Source: an uncultured bacterium (GTDB taxonomy: Bacteria > Zixibacteria > MSB-5A5 > GN15 > FEB-12). Taken from it: a stretch of DNA of 64,000 nucleotides. Position numbers and translations under genes: made by a program. The notes beneath the pieces are model-generated. The model had not been told where the DNA came from, did not search any database, and was given only the letters and a program-made list of their open reading frames with translations. Below are positions 38,487 to 48,173 of this stretch, piece by piece (position 1 is the stretch's first letter; every line of letters starts with the position of its first letter). The stretch is from contig CBDVDR010000001.1 of NCBI GenBank assembly GCA_965372795.1, positions 32,001-96,000 on the forward strand, given 5' to 3'.

Positions 38487-38514
38487 AATATACAAAACCT
38501 AAAGTCTTTGTCAA
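38487..38514 (-). promoter_or_regulatory. Sigma70-type promoter for tRNA-Gln
   Basis: Minus strand TTGACA-N16-TATATT. Confidence 0.6.
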
Positions 38515-38575
38515 GGAATCTTTAAATCCCATAACTTGTTTTATATCAACCACGTCGACGACTATTAAAAAACCT

Positions 38576-39226
38576 TTAGGATGCCCTGTCAATATTTCTA
38601 ATCAGGAGCGCTCCACCCTTAATTTCTATCTCCGCTTTAGACTTTACGATCAGATTTCGGAGACCATGGCAACTACCTAATTTTATGACCTGCTTAGAAA
38701 CATTATATCTCATGCCATCGCAGCTTAATTCAATTTTAGAAGTCACCGGTATTACCGAGATTTGACTATCTTTACATTTTTCTAAAATGATTCGTTCATC
38801 TTTCAGGTAATCTATCTCATAATCAAAATTAATGATCCGTTTTCTAACGATCTCTTTGGAGTTTGTCTTGAATATATTTGCAAGCAGCATGACAGATCCC
38901 AAAAAATGATCCACCTCACCATAACCGGGCATTACAATTTCGATTAATTCGGCATTTTTATTTTTACAATAATCCAATGCAAGTTCAGTATCGGTCATAT
39001 CTTTATCAGTGGGGAATTTTAATACTTCGGTTGTATCAGAAAGCTTTGAGGGGAGTTTTTTTAATGAATCAAAATCACCAATCAGAAGATCAGGAGTTAT
39101 TTTAGTTTTACGAAAAAACTCATAGCCCCCATCTACGGCAATTTTGAATCTATCTTTACTGCAAAGACGGTAAAAATCCAAATGTTTTGACGGGTACTTG
39201 CCATTCAAAAAGAGAATACAATTCAT
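38576..39226 (-). CDS. thiN: Thiamine diphosphokinase
   Basis: IAVDGG, PDLLIGDFDS, DKDMTDTELAL, DH motifs. Confidence 0.9.
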   Translation of the reverse strand: MNCILFLNGKYPSKHLDFYRLCSKDRFKIAVDGGYEFFRKTKITPDLLIGDFDSLKKLPSKLSDTTEVLKFPTDKDMTDTELALDYCKNKNAELIEIVMPGYGEVDHFLGSVMLLANIFKTNSKEIVRKRIINFDYEIDYLKDERIILEKCKDSQISVIPVTSKIELSCDGMRYNVSKQVIKLGSCHGLRNLIVKSKAEIEIKGGALLIRNIDRAS

Positions 39227-40197
39227 TCTCCGACCTTTTTAAGCGCAAATGAGGCGGCTCCTAAAAGAGCTGTCTTTTCATCGATAATTAAACTAACCGG
39301 CATTTTCTCAAGCAGATTTTCCATCTTGCCCTTTTTAATAAACCGCTCCATAAACCGCCCTTTATCAATCGAGGTCATGACCTGTTTGGCAATCATGCCG
39401 CCAATATAGATTCCACTAAGCGTCATCCCTTTTAAGGCAAGGTTCGCAGCTTCCGAGGCAAAACAGCCAATGAAAATTTCAATCGTATCAATAGCAAGAT
39501 CATCTTCACCGGAAAGACACATCTCAATTATTTTCTGAGGACGATCATCAGTCTGCTTAAGCCATTCGGGTTCTTCCGCATTTCGATTAAACAATAGAAA
39601 TCTAAAAATATTTTCGATCCCGGAAAAACTAAGAACATCTTCTATCTCCACATGACCATTATCAGAATATAGATATTCCCACAGATCCATCTCAAGCTGA
39701 TTCGATGGTGAAAAATCACCATGACCGCCTTCGGAAGCATATGGGTAGTAATTGTTTTCATCCCGATAAATCAACGACTGTCCCAATCCGTTCCCGGCTG
39801 CTATCATTCCCATATTGCCATCAACGGGTGATTCGCCGACATTCAAACGGATAAATTTATCCTGCGGTAATTCAAAAACCCCATGAGCCGTTGCGACCAA
39901 ATCATTAAGAAGTTTGACTTTGCCGAGTGAAAACTTTTCTGAAAGTTCGTTGGCTTTAATTTGCCAGGGTAGATTGGTAACCTGAACTTCACCTTGAATC
40001 ACCGGACCAGCCACTCCAAAACAGGCGTAATCCACCGGTTCGGATATTTTTTTCATGTAAAGTTTTAAGAGAGAATCAAGATTAGAAAATTCCTGGGTTT
40101 TATAAGTCACCTGATTATATAGTTTCATTGCTCCGCGTACTTTTTTTACGCAGGTAATATCTACTGTTCGGGCTGTTATATAACCGGAAATTATCAT
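39223..40197 (-). CDS. glk: Glucokinase-family (E. coli Glk type) protein with degenerate ATP-binding motifs
   Basis: GVAGPV, TNLPW, LLNDL, ASEGGH sugar-site motifs present; N-terminal DIGGT replaced by YITAR. Confidence 0.75.
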   Translation of the reverse strand: MIISGYITARTVDITCVKKVRGAMKLYNQVTYKTQEFSNLDSLLKLYMKKISEPVDYACFGVAGPVIQGEVQVTNLPWQIKANELSEKFSLGKVKLLNDLVATAHGVFELPQDKFIRLNVGESPVDGNMGMIAAGNGLGQSLIYRDENNYYPYASEGGHGDFSPSNQLEMDLWEYLYSDNGHVEIEDVLSFSGIENIFRFLLFNRNAEEPEWLKQTDDRPQKIIEMCLSGEDDLAIDTIEIFIGCFASEAANLALKGMTLSGIYIGGMIAKQVMTSIDKGRFMERFIKKGKMENLLEKMPVSLIIDEKTALLGAASFALKKVGE

Positions 40198-40209
40198 TTT
40201 AATTACTCA

Positions 40210-42138
40210 CTATAATAACTTCTTAATCTTCTCCGCTACCGAAGCCCCATCCAGTCCAATTAACTTATACAAATCGTTGGCAGATCCCGATGGAGCATAA
40301 TTTTCAACTCCAATTTTGATTAACTTAGTTGTCAAACCTTCTTCAAAAAGTTTCGCTGCTATCTGTTGTCCAAGTCCGGTTTTGACATTATGATCTTCAA
40401 GCACCACCAAATTATCTTCCGAGGCTAACAATTTCAGATCATCAGTATGAATCTCTGACCAATCTGATATAGAAACAAGTTTAATCTGAACCCCTTCTTT
40501 ATCCAATAACTGCCAGGCATCAAAGGCGTTGGCTAATATATTACCCGAGGCAGCCAGCACAACTTTGCTTCCATCCCTGATAAAATCAACCCGACCATGT
40601 TCATATTTATAGTTTTCCCCAAAGAACGGCTTGCCGTCAGAATCTGAAATAATATTCAATTTTGAGCGTCCCATTATAACCGCAAAATTACCCGGATTCG
40701 ACAATACATATCGCACTACGCGGTCGGTCTGGTTAGGGTCAGCCGGAGTGATAACTTTCCATCCAAAAGTTGAGTTTAATAAGCCGAAATAATCTATCGA
40801 CTGATGGGTTTTGCCATCCTCGCCAACATTAATACCGCAATGAGTACAGAATAATTTCATATTTGAATGATTGATATCATTCAAACGAGCCTGATTATAG
40901 GTTTCTGCTAAGGCAAACACGCCAAAATCCGCCCAGACTGAAACTGCTTTTTCAGCCGATAACGAACCGGCAGCCGTTGCCGTGCTATGTTCGGTAATTC
41001 CAAACTGGAAAAAGTTATCTGGATACTTTTTTTCAAATCCGGCAGTTTTCACCGATCCGGCAAGATCACAATCAAACACACCGATGTTAAAATCATCTTT
41101 AGACATATTAGCATCAGCCACATCAACCAGAGCATTGCCAAATGCCGAACGGTTATCAGTTTTTTCATCAATGGCGTAGATTCTCGGTTTACCCGGATCA
41201 ACCGTTGGATATTCAGAGCGGTCAATTTCAAAGACAGGCATCTTTTCATTCGACCTTTTAGCTTTCAAATCTTCAATATTATTTTTAAGCCCGCCGAGTT
41301 CTTCAAGGGCACCATCAAGCTCTTCCGGTTTGATCGGGGCGCCATGATAGCCTGCTTTGTTTTCCATGAATGAAACCCCTTTACCCATTATGGTTGAGGC
41401 AAGAATCATTGTTGGACAACTGTTATCATTTTTAGCATCTTTGAAAGCATTATAAATCTGATTTAAATCATGACCGTCTATTTCGACAACTTTCCAGCCA
41501 TCAGCTTTCCATTCATCTGCGATCGCCTGAGGCATAACATCCTCAATGCTGCCGGAAATTTGAAGCCGGTTATAATCAATAATTGCAGTAATATTATTTA
41601 TTTTATATTTTTTAGCAATCCGGCGCGATTCTGAAATCTGCCCTTTTTGCTGTTCACCATCGCCCATGAGAACATAAGTATGAAAATTCTGGTTTGTTAG
41701 TCTGCCATAAAGAGCTTTACCGATTCCCACAGATAAACCCTGACCCAAATTTCCAGTATCCCATTCTATTCCGGGAACCGATTGTTCAACATGACCCTCA
41801 AAAGGTGAGCCGGCTTTTCTGAAAAATGCAATGGCGTCTTCTCTATTAAAGTATCCTGCCGCTGCCAGCGATGAGTAGGCGCCCGGTGAAGTATGTCCGT
41901 TTGAAATAACAATTCTGTCGCGGTCATCCCGCTTTGGTTGTTTCGGGTCAACCTTTGCCATATTAAAAAGAGTCATATAAATTTCGATAAATGACATCGA
42001 TCCGCCGGGATGTCCCGATGATGCCAGAGTTGTCATTTTGAGAATATCGCCTCGTGCATTACGAGACATCTCAGATAATTTTTTGTGCCAATCATCCGGT
42101 AAAGATGGAAATTCAAATCCGCGCCAGTTATCAAACAT
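40210..42138 (-). CDS. tkt: Transketolase
   Basis: SGHPGGSMS, TGNLGQG, TPP motif MGDGE...N, GITEH, EDGKTHQ. Confidence 0.92.
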   Translation of the reverse strand: MFDNWRGFEFPSLPDDWHKKLSEMSRNARGDILKMTTLASSGHPGGSMSFIEIYMTLFNMAKVDPKQPKRDDRDRIVISNGHTSPGAYSSLAAAGYFNREDAIAFFRKAGSPFEGHVEQSVPGIEWDTGNLGQGLSVGIGKALYGRLTNQNFHTYVLMGDGEQQKGQISESRRIAKKYKINNITAIIDYNRLQISGSIEDVMPQAIADEWKADGWKVVEIDGHDLNQIYNAFKDAKNDNSCPTMILASTIMGKGVSFMENKAGYHGAPIKPEELDGALEELGGLKNNIEDLKAKRSNEKMPVFEIDRSEYPTVDPGKPRIYAIDEKTDNRSAFGNALVDVADANMSKDDFNIGVFDCDLAGSVKTAGFEKKYPDNFFQFGITEHSTATAAGSLSAEKAVSVWADFGVFALAETYNQARLNDINHSNMKLFCTHCGINVGEDGKTHQSIDYFGLLNSTFGWKVITPADPNQTDRVVRYVLSNPGNFAVIMGRSKLNIISDSDGKPFFGENYKYEHGRVDFIRDGSKVVLAASGNILANAFDAWQLLDKEGVQIKLVSISDWSEIHTDDLKLLASEDNLVVLEDHNVKTGLGQQIAAKLFEEGLTTKLIKIGVENYAPSGSANDLYKLIGLDGASVAEKIKKLL

Positions 42139-42178
42139 CGTATTGCTGTTCCCTTTCCATGGAAAATTATTATATAAA

Positions 42179-42826
42179 CTAAAGAGCTTTTACCAAATCA
42201 ACTACCGCCTGGCGGTTCTCACTTTTATAGAAGGCGGTTCCCATTACTAAAATATCCGCACCTGCCTGGGCTACTGATTTAGCATTTTTGCTGTCGACTC
42301 CGCCATCAACCGAAATTTCGGTTTTTAATCCATTTTCATCAATATATGTTCGCGCCATTCTAACTTTTGGCAAGGCCGATTCAATAAATGATTGCCCGCC
42401 AAAACCAGGATAAACCGACATCACTAAAAGCAAATCAAAATATTTCAAAAAGGGAAGTAACGGCTCAATAGGAGTGTCAGGATTTAAAGATATGCCTGCT
42501 TTGATACCCATCTTATGAAGTTGCTCAGCAAATTTTATTGGATCCGGGTGAACTTCAATATGAAAAGTAATGCAATTTGCGCCCGCTTTTTTAAAGGCAT
42601 CAAAATAATTCTCAGGCTCGGACAACATCAAATGAACATCAAGAAATGTTTTGGTAACACTTTTGATCGATTTTACAATCGAAGGACCAAAAGAGATATT
42701 TGGTACAAAATGCCCATCCATTATATCAAGATGAAACCAGTCAATTTTTTTGTCATCGGAGTCTTTTATATCTGTTTCTAAATTTGTGAAATCTGCTGCA
42801 AGAATCGAGGGAGCGATTTTAGCCAT
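42179..42826 (-). CDS. rpe: Ribulose-phosphate 3-epimerase
   Basis: IAPSILAADF, HLDIMDGHFVPNISFG, MSVYPGFGGQ, VDGG. Confidence 0.97.
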   Translation of the reverse strand: MAKIAPSILAADFTNLETDIKDSDDKKIDWFHLDIMDGHFVPNISFGPSIVKSIKSVTKTFLDVHLMLSEPENYFDAFKKAGANCITFHIEVHPDPIKFAEQLHKMGIKAGISLNPDTPIEPLLPFLKYFDLLLVMSVYPGFGGQSFIESALPKVRMARTYIDENGLKTEISVDGGVDSKNAKSVAQAGADILVMGTAFYKSENRQAVVDLVKAL

Positions 42827-43019
42827 ATGTCAATAATCCCTTATTTTTGTGTTCCGGCTTTCAACTATAAGTCCAAACAGAACTAATCGCAACCGATAAT
42901 CCAGAATTAAATAAAATTGAATAATTTGTTACTACACAGGTAATTATAGAAGAAAGCAATTTGAAACGAATCATGAAAACTTTCGTAAGTTAAATTAAAT
43001 AGCTCTTGAAAGGTTTAAT

Positions 43020-43223
43020 ATGGCAACTTATATTTTATGGATAATCCTTTTTGTTGTGTGCTGGCCTTTGGCGATTATAGCAATTGTTCTTTATCCGATT
43101 CTCTGGCTAATATTACTTCCCTTCAGAATATTGGGAATTGCTGTTGATGGAATCCTTGAATTAGTTCAGGCTCTTATTTTTCTTCCGGCACGGTTATTAG
43201 GGAGCCAGAAAAAATATAGTTAG
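43020..43223 (+). CDS. Small hydrophobic membrane protein
   Basis: 67 aa, almost entirely hydrophobic; AAAGG upstream. Confidence 0.65.
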   Translation: MATYILWIILFVVCWPLAIIAIVLYPILWLILLPFRILGIAVDGILELVQALIFLPARLLGSQKKYS

Positions 43224-43897
43224 ATTATTTTAGCGTTTGCAGGCTCTTTAATAACAAATTTCACGCGGCGTTTTTTCTGATTATCGATAATCAAAAGAAT
43301 TTTAAGAGAAAATATTTTCATTATTTTAATAGTATCATGAGTTTTATAACCAAACTGACTTTGAACTAAATAACTTTGCTCATTATATTTTTCTACTAAG
43401 CAACAAAACCTCTCTGCCCCATTGTTTTTGTAATAATCATAATACTCACTAAGCAGTTTAGCATATATCCCTTTCCCTCGTGATTCCGGTAATGTGAAAA
43501 CCCAGAAAAGATATGGCATTTTATCACCAAAGTCATAGTCCCAACCGGCACCATTAACATAACAATGACCCGAGGCTGACCACAAAACTGAGGAATATGG
43601 CTGATTATTTTCACCGCCAAGAAACACTTTGACCCCTTGTTCCAACAAACTTCTCACGTTCTCAATCGGCCGGCTGCTTACCCGCACAACCTCATCGATA
43701 TCATCAATAGTGGCGACTTTAACTGAAATATTATTATTAAGTTTGTTAGGGAAATTTAACTGCTTGGCAGTCATAAAATAGTACAAATTATAATCGATCC
43801 ACTCGGGTAATTGCAGGCTAACCTGATGAAGAAATCGGGAGAATTCACCCTTAAGAATCAGACGAATTAGTTTTGTAATTTTAGATAAAAATTTCAT
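43220..43897 (-). CDS. GNAT-family N-acetyltransferase-like protein
   Basis: FTLPESRGKGIY acetyl-CoA motif; N..S.....FGY motif. Confidence 0.7.
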   Translation of the reverse strand: MKFLSKITKLIRLILKGEFSRFLHQVSLQLPEWIDYNLYYFMTAKQLNFPNKLNNNISVKVATIDDIDEVVRVSSRPIENVRSLLEQGVKVFLGGENNQPYSSVLWSASGHCYVNGAGWDYDFGDKMPYLFWVFTLPESRGKGIYAKLLSEYYDYYKNNGAERFCCLVEKYNEQSYLVQSQFGYKTHDTIKIMKIFSLKILLIIDNQKKRRVKFVIKEPANAKII

Positions 43898-44007
43898 AAA
43901 TATTATCTTTATAATTCAAATTATCTAAACATTAAAATTCGTTGTAAAATTCTTTTTGACAAAGCTCATATCAATATAAATAACAGAATTTTTCTATTAC
44001 TTGTTCC

Positions 44008-44988
44008 TCACTTTTCATTTTCAAGCACTATCTTAGCATTGCGCTGTAAATTCACAAGTTTCGGTCGTACAAGGGGCGTTCCGGCAGTTATTTTCAAGAA
44101 ATCCTCCTGCGACTGCAAAGCCAAAACTTTCTTCGCCTTCAAAAATTCCCCGACTCCGTTCTGTTCGTCGAACTCCTTATGATTGGTCAATATAGCCCTT
44201 CCGTTGTGGGGACAGACGTCCTGACAAATATCACACCCGAAAATCTTATCACCGATTTTTTGCTTTAACTCCTCGGGAATCGTTGTCGGCCGCTCAATGG
44301 TCAAATATGAAATACATTTTTTCGCATCAACCACGCCATCTTCAATAATCGCACCGGTCGGGCAGGCATCAATACAACGGGTACATTTACCGCATTTTCC
44401 ATGATTTACAGCCCACTGATCATCTGATTCCAGTTCAATTGTAGTTACAATCTCTGCCAGAAAAAACCATGAACCGAACTGCCGATTGATAAGCATCCCG
44501 TTTTTCCCAATATACCCAAGTCCAGCTTTGGCTCCATAAGGCCGCTCGATAAACGGACCATAATCAACCCACCATTTAAACTGTTCGCGGGCTTTGGCTT
44601 TTGATTCATTATCAAATTTATCAATCGACGGATCAGCTGATTGCATCATTTTGAAAATCAAATGTTCTATTTTTTTCTTAATGACTTTGTGATAATCTTT
44701 ACCGCGGGCATATCGAGATACCCGACCATGACCTTTTGGAGTCTTTTCAGACACTTCCTGATAGTAGTTCAAGCCAAGCATAATGATGGATTTTGCATTA
44801 TCCATCAACATTGTAGGATCGGTCCGTCTGACAACATTTTTACCCAGCCAATCCATTTCACCCTGATAATTATTTTCAAGCCATTTCACATAATGATCTC
44901 TGGCTTCGGGAATCAAATCAGGAACTGTTATCCCGCATAAATCAAATCCGCAAGCATAGGCTAATTCTTTAATTTTAGAACTGTTCAT
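44008..44988 (-). CDS. queG: Epoxyqueuosine reductase
   Basis: [52 protein letters not shown]; start placed at ATG 44988 (44997 is an alternative). Confidence 0.92.
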   Translation of the reverse strand: MNSSKIKELAYACGFDLCGITVPDLIPEARDHYVKWLENNYQGEMDWLGKNVVRRTDPTMLMDNAKSIIMLGLNYYQEVSEKTPKGHGRVSRYARGKDYHKVIKKKIEHLIFKMMQSADPSIDKFDNESKAKAREQFKWWVDYGPFIERPYGAKAGLGYIGKNGMLINRQFGSWFFLAEIVTTIELESDDQWAVNHGKCGKCTRCIDACPTGAIIEDGVVDAKKCISYLTIERPTTIPEELKQKIGDKIFGCDICQDVCPHNGRAILTNHKEFDEQNGVGEFLKAKKVLALQSQEDFLKITAGTPLVRPKLVNLQRNAKIVLENEK

Positions 44989-45177
44989 TTTCACCAAGTT
45001 ATATATAACTCTTTATAAATCGTCTCATAATATACGTTTTTAAAAGACTACATGAAAGTATGTATTTATCTAAAACTAGATCAGTACTATCACCTATAAA
45101 TATAAGAAAAACCTTTATCATAAAATGAAAAACTTACAGTCTCACAACAATTTATTGCATTTTTCAACCTATATCAA

Positions 45178-45206
45178 TTGACAAAATAATGCCGTATGGT
45201 TAACTT
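45178..45206 (+). promoter_or_regulatory. Sigma70-type promoter for the oxidoreductase operon
   Basis: TTGACA-N17-TAACTT. Confidence 0.45.
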
Positions 45207-45387
45207 CCCCAAAAAGAAAAGTAATTTTGTGGGCTATTGAAAATGTATACGAAGCTTATCTTTGTTAGTGAAAGAATTCTCAACCTTCCTCTTCTGATAG
45301 TGATTGATTTATTCAATCCAAATCAATCCCATAAATATAATCTAATTATTAAAAATTTAATTTATATAATATTCGAAAGGAGCTGCG

Positions 45388-45879
45388 ATGAGCGCAGGTT
45401 TTTACCTTTTGGTCAGATTTGACAATCGGCAAAAACTACCGGAAATTATTAACAGACTCGATGAGTTGACGCAGGTCGACCATTGGAATGCGGTTGATGG
45501 TTTCTTTAGTTTAGTGCTGAAAGTAAATGATGATCCTGAATCGGTCGTTTCAAGCCTGAAAGAATTCGATGGATCGCTTCAGGTTGCAAAATGCGAATTA
45601 GTTTCGGATGTAAAAACGGTCGAAACTAAGGACGATTTTTTTCAAAGTTTTGTCTTTGCTGAATTGGACAAAACAAAAAAAGATGAAATTATTGCCAAAA
45701 TTGATAAATTTGATAATGTTGCTGCCTGTCATACAACTAAGGGCGATTATGATTTAGTTGCCTATGTTCAGGGAGAAACTTTCGATATTATAGACAGAAC
45801 TGTTGAAGATAAAATCCGAGTGATGGATGGGGTCCTGAGAATTAAACAGGACCGGATTATCACTCTTGATAAAATGTAG
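45388..45879 (+). CDS. Tandem Lrp/AsnC ligand-binding (RAM) domain protein without HTH
   Basis: Two ~75-aa repeats (AVDGFFSLVLKV; TTKGDYDLVAYV...KIRVMDGV); AGGAG RBS. Confidence 0.7.
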   Translation: MSAGFYLLVRFDNRQKLPEIINRLDELTQVDHWNAVDGFFSLVLKVNDDPESVVSSLKEFDGSLQVAKCELVSDVKTVETKDDFFQSFVFAELDKTKKDEIIAKIDKFDNVAACHTTKGDYDLVAYVQGETFDIIDRTVEDKIRVMDGVLRIKQDRIITLDKM

Positions 45880-45889
45880 GAGTTGCCAG

Positions 45890-46402
45890 ATGGCTGCTAA
45901 CTTAGATGATAAACTAAAATCTTTCAATGTTGACCTTTGGAAGTATGACGGACAAGCCGGAGCATTGATTCCATTGCTTCAATCGGCTCAGGATACATAC
46001 GGGTATGTTTCTGAGAAAGCGATTGATTATATCAGTCATGTTACTGATATTCCTGCCGCCGATATTTACGGCGTTGTTACATTTTATGCCCAGTTCCGTA
46101 CCAAACCACTGGGTAAATATGTTGTAAAAGTTTGTAACGGTACTGCTTGTCATGTGAACGGCGCCCGCCCTATTGCTGACACAATCACTGATGAACTAAA
46201 CCTCGATTATGAAGAAACTTCAGAAGATAGAAATTTCTCGATGCTCTCACTTGCCTGCGTCGGATGCTGTTCGCTGGCTCCGGTTGTTTTAATAAATGAT
46301 GAAACATTCGGTCGCCTGACTCCGGCTAAACTTCGCAAGATTTTAAAAAAATACAAAATGCGCGCTAAAAAAGAACAACAAGCCGAACAAGGTGAAGGTT
46401 AA
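45890..46402 (+). CDS. NuoE/HydC-like [2Fe-2S] subunit
   Basis: ATG at 45890 with AGGAG RBS; VVTFYAQF, CNGTACHV, ACVGCCSLAP. Confidence 0.92.
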   Translation: MAANLDDKLKSFNVDLWKYDGQAGALIPLLQSAQDTYGYVSEKAIDYISHVTDIPAADIYGVVTFYAQFRTKPLGKYVVKVCNGTACHVNGARPIADTITDELNLDYEETSEDRNFSMLSLACVGCCSLAPVVLINDETFGRLTPAKLRKILKKYKMRAKKEQQAEQGEG

Positions 46403-46410
46403 GGATAATT

Positions 46411-48165
46411 ATGAAAACTGTAAAAGTTGGTCTGGGTACTTGTGGAATCTCTGCCGGCGGAGAAAAGGTTTTCAAAGCTTTTCAAGATGAGCTGAGAGAA
46501 AATCCGAACGCCTTTGTCCTGTCTGAAACCGGCTGTATCGGGATGTGCTACCGCGAAGTACTCGTTGAAATTACTAACGGAAGCGATACCGGTCATATGT
46601 ATGGCGAGATTACTCCCGACCGGGTCGGTGATATCGTCGAAAAAGATATTATCAATAACTCGGTTATTGATGAATGGCTGGTAAGCGGTGATAGAGAAAA
46701 AGGCTTCTTTGAAAATCAAACCCGAATCGTTCTCCGCAATTGCGGCGTTATTGACCCCGGTTCAATTGATGAGTATATCGCCCAGGGCGGATATGACGCT
46801 ATCAAAAAAGCTGTTACCGAGATGACTCCCGAAAGTGTCATAGCAGAAGTTGAAAAATCAGGACTAAGAGGTCGTGGCGGTGGTGGTTTCCCAACCGGAT
46901 TAAAATGGAAATTCACTCGCGGAGCCAAAGGCGATCAAAAATATATTATTTGTAACGCTGATGAAGGCGATCCGGGTGCCTTTATGGATCGTTCAATTCT
47001 CGAAGGTGATCCGAATGCTGTATTAGAAGGTATGATTATCGCCGGTTATGCAACCGGTGCCACCGAATCCTACGTTTACTGTCGCGCCGAATATCCAAAA
47101 GCAATCGCTCGTTTAAGACAGGCAATTGCTCAAGCGATAAAAAAAGGATTTCTCGGTGAAAAAATATTCGGGTCTGATTTTAATTTCATTATTAAAATCA
47201 AAGAAGGTGCCGGAGCTTTTGTTTGTGGTGAAGAGACTGCTCTTATTCACTCAATCGAAGGTAAACGCGGGATGCCGCGCTTCCGTCCGCCTTTCCCTGC
47301 CCAATCAGGACTCTGGGGTAAACCAACCAATATAAACAACGTAGAAACTTTCGCAAATATCCCCTGGATCATTATTAACGGCGGTGAAAAATACGCCTCC
47401 TATGGGACTGATGACAGCAAAGGAACCAAAGTTTTTGCGATGGCTGGAAAAATTAAACGATCCGGCTTGGTTGAAGTTCCGATGGGTATTACCATCAATG
47501 ATATTATTTTTAAAATCTGTGATGGCATCGTTGATAACAAAACATTTAAAGCTGTTCAGATGGGCGGACCTTCTGGTGGTTGTATCCCGGCTGAAATGTG
47601 CGATATCGAAATAGACTATCAGAAGATCAACAAAACCGGTGCTATTATGGGTTCCGGCGGTTTGGTCGTTATGGATGAGACAACCTGCATGGTTGATGTT
47701 GCGAAATTCTTCCTTGGATTCACTCAGGAAGAATCATGCGGAAAATGTACTTTCTGCCGAATCGGCACCAAACGGATGCTTGAGATTCTCGAAAGAATCA
47801 CCGAGGGTGACGGAACGATGGAAGACCTCGACAATCTCGATGAATTAAGTCATCAGATTTGCGATACTTCTCTCTGCGGACTTGGACAAACTGCTCCAAA
47901 CCCCGTTTTGACTACCCTTAAATATTTCCGACATGAATATGAAGCCCATATCAAAGACAAAAAATGTCCGGCTCATGTTTGTGCCCCGCTTCTGACTTAT
48001 ACTATCAACGATGCTTGTACCGGATGCGTCGTTTGTGCGAAAGCTTGTCCAACTGATGCTATCACCGGTGAAAAGAAAGAGCTACATTTTGTCCATCAGG
48101 ATAAATGTATTAAATGCGGAAAATGTTTCACTGTCTGCCGTTTTGATGCAGTGGTAAAGGATTGA
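46411..48165 (+). CDS. NuoF/HydB-like FMN/NADH-binding subunit of the electron-bifurcating type
   Basis: N-terminal [2Fe-2S] Cys; GRGGGGFPTG, NADEGDPGAFMDR, RAEYP, GTKVF, GGPSGG, ESCGKCTFCRIG; two C-terminal CxxCxxCxxxC. Confidence 0.93.
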   Translation: MKTVKVGLGTCGISAGGEKVFKAFQDELRENPNAFVLSETGCIGMCYREVLVEITNGSDTGHMYGEITPDRVGDIVEKDIINNSVIDEWLVSGDREKGFFENQTRIVLRNCGVIDPGSIDEYIAQGGYDAIKKAVTEMTPESVIAEVEKSGLRGRGGGGFPTGLKWKFTRGAKGDQKYIICNADEGDPGAFMDRSILEGDPNAVLEGMIIAGYATGATESYVYCRAEYPKAIARLRQAIAQAIKKGFLGEKIFGSDFNFIIKIKEGAGAFVCGEETALIHSIEGKRGMPRFRPPFPAQSGLWGKPTNINNVETFANIPWIIINGGEKYASYGTDDSKGTKVFAMAGKIKRSGLVEVPMGITINDIIFKICDGIVDNKTFKAVQMGGPSGGCIPAEMCDIEIDYQKINKTGAIMGSGGLVVMDETTCMVDVAKFFLGFTQEESCGKCTFCRIGTKRMLEILERITEGDGTMEDLDNLDELSHQICDTSLCGLGQTAPNPVLTTLKYFRHEYEAHIKDKKCPAHVCAPLLTYTINDACTGCVVCAKACPTDAITGEKKELHFVHQDKCIKCGKCFTVCRFDAVVKD

Positions 48166-48173
48166 GGTGAGCC

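Noticed and set aside
38310..38495. 61-aa ORF from the track
   Set aside because: It overlies the tRNA-Gln gene and its terminator.
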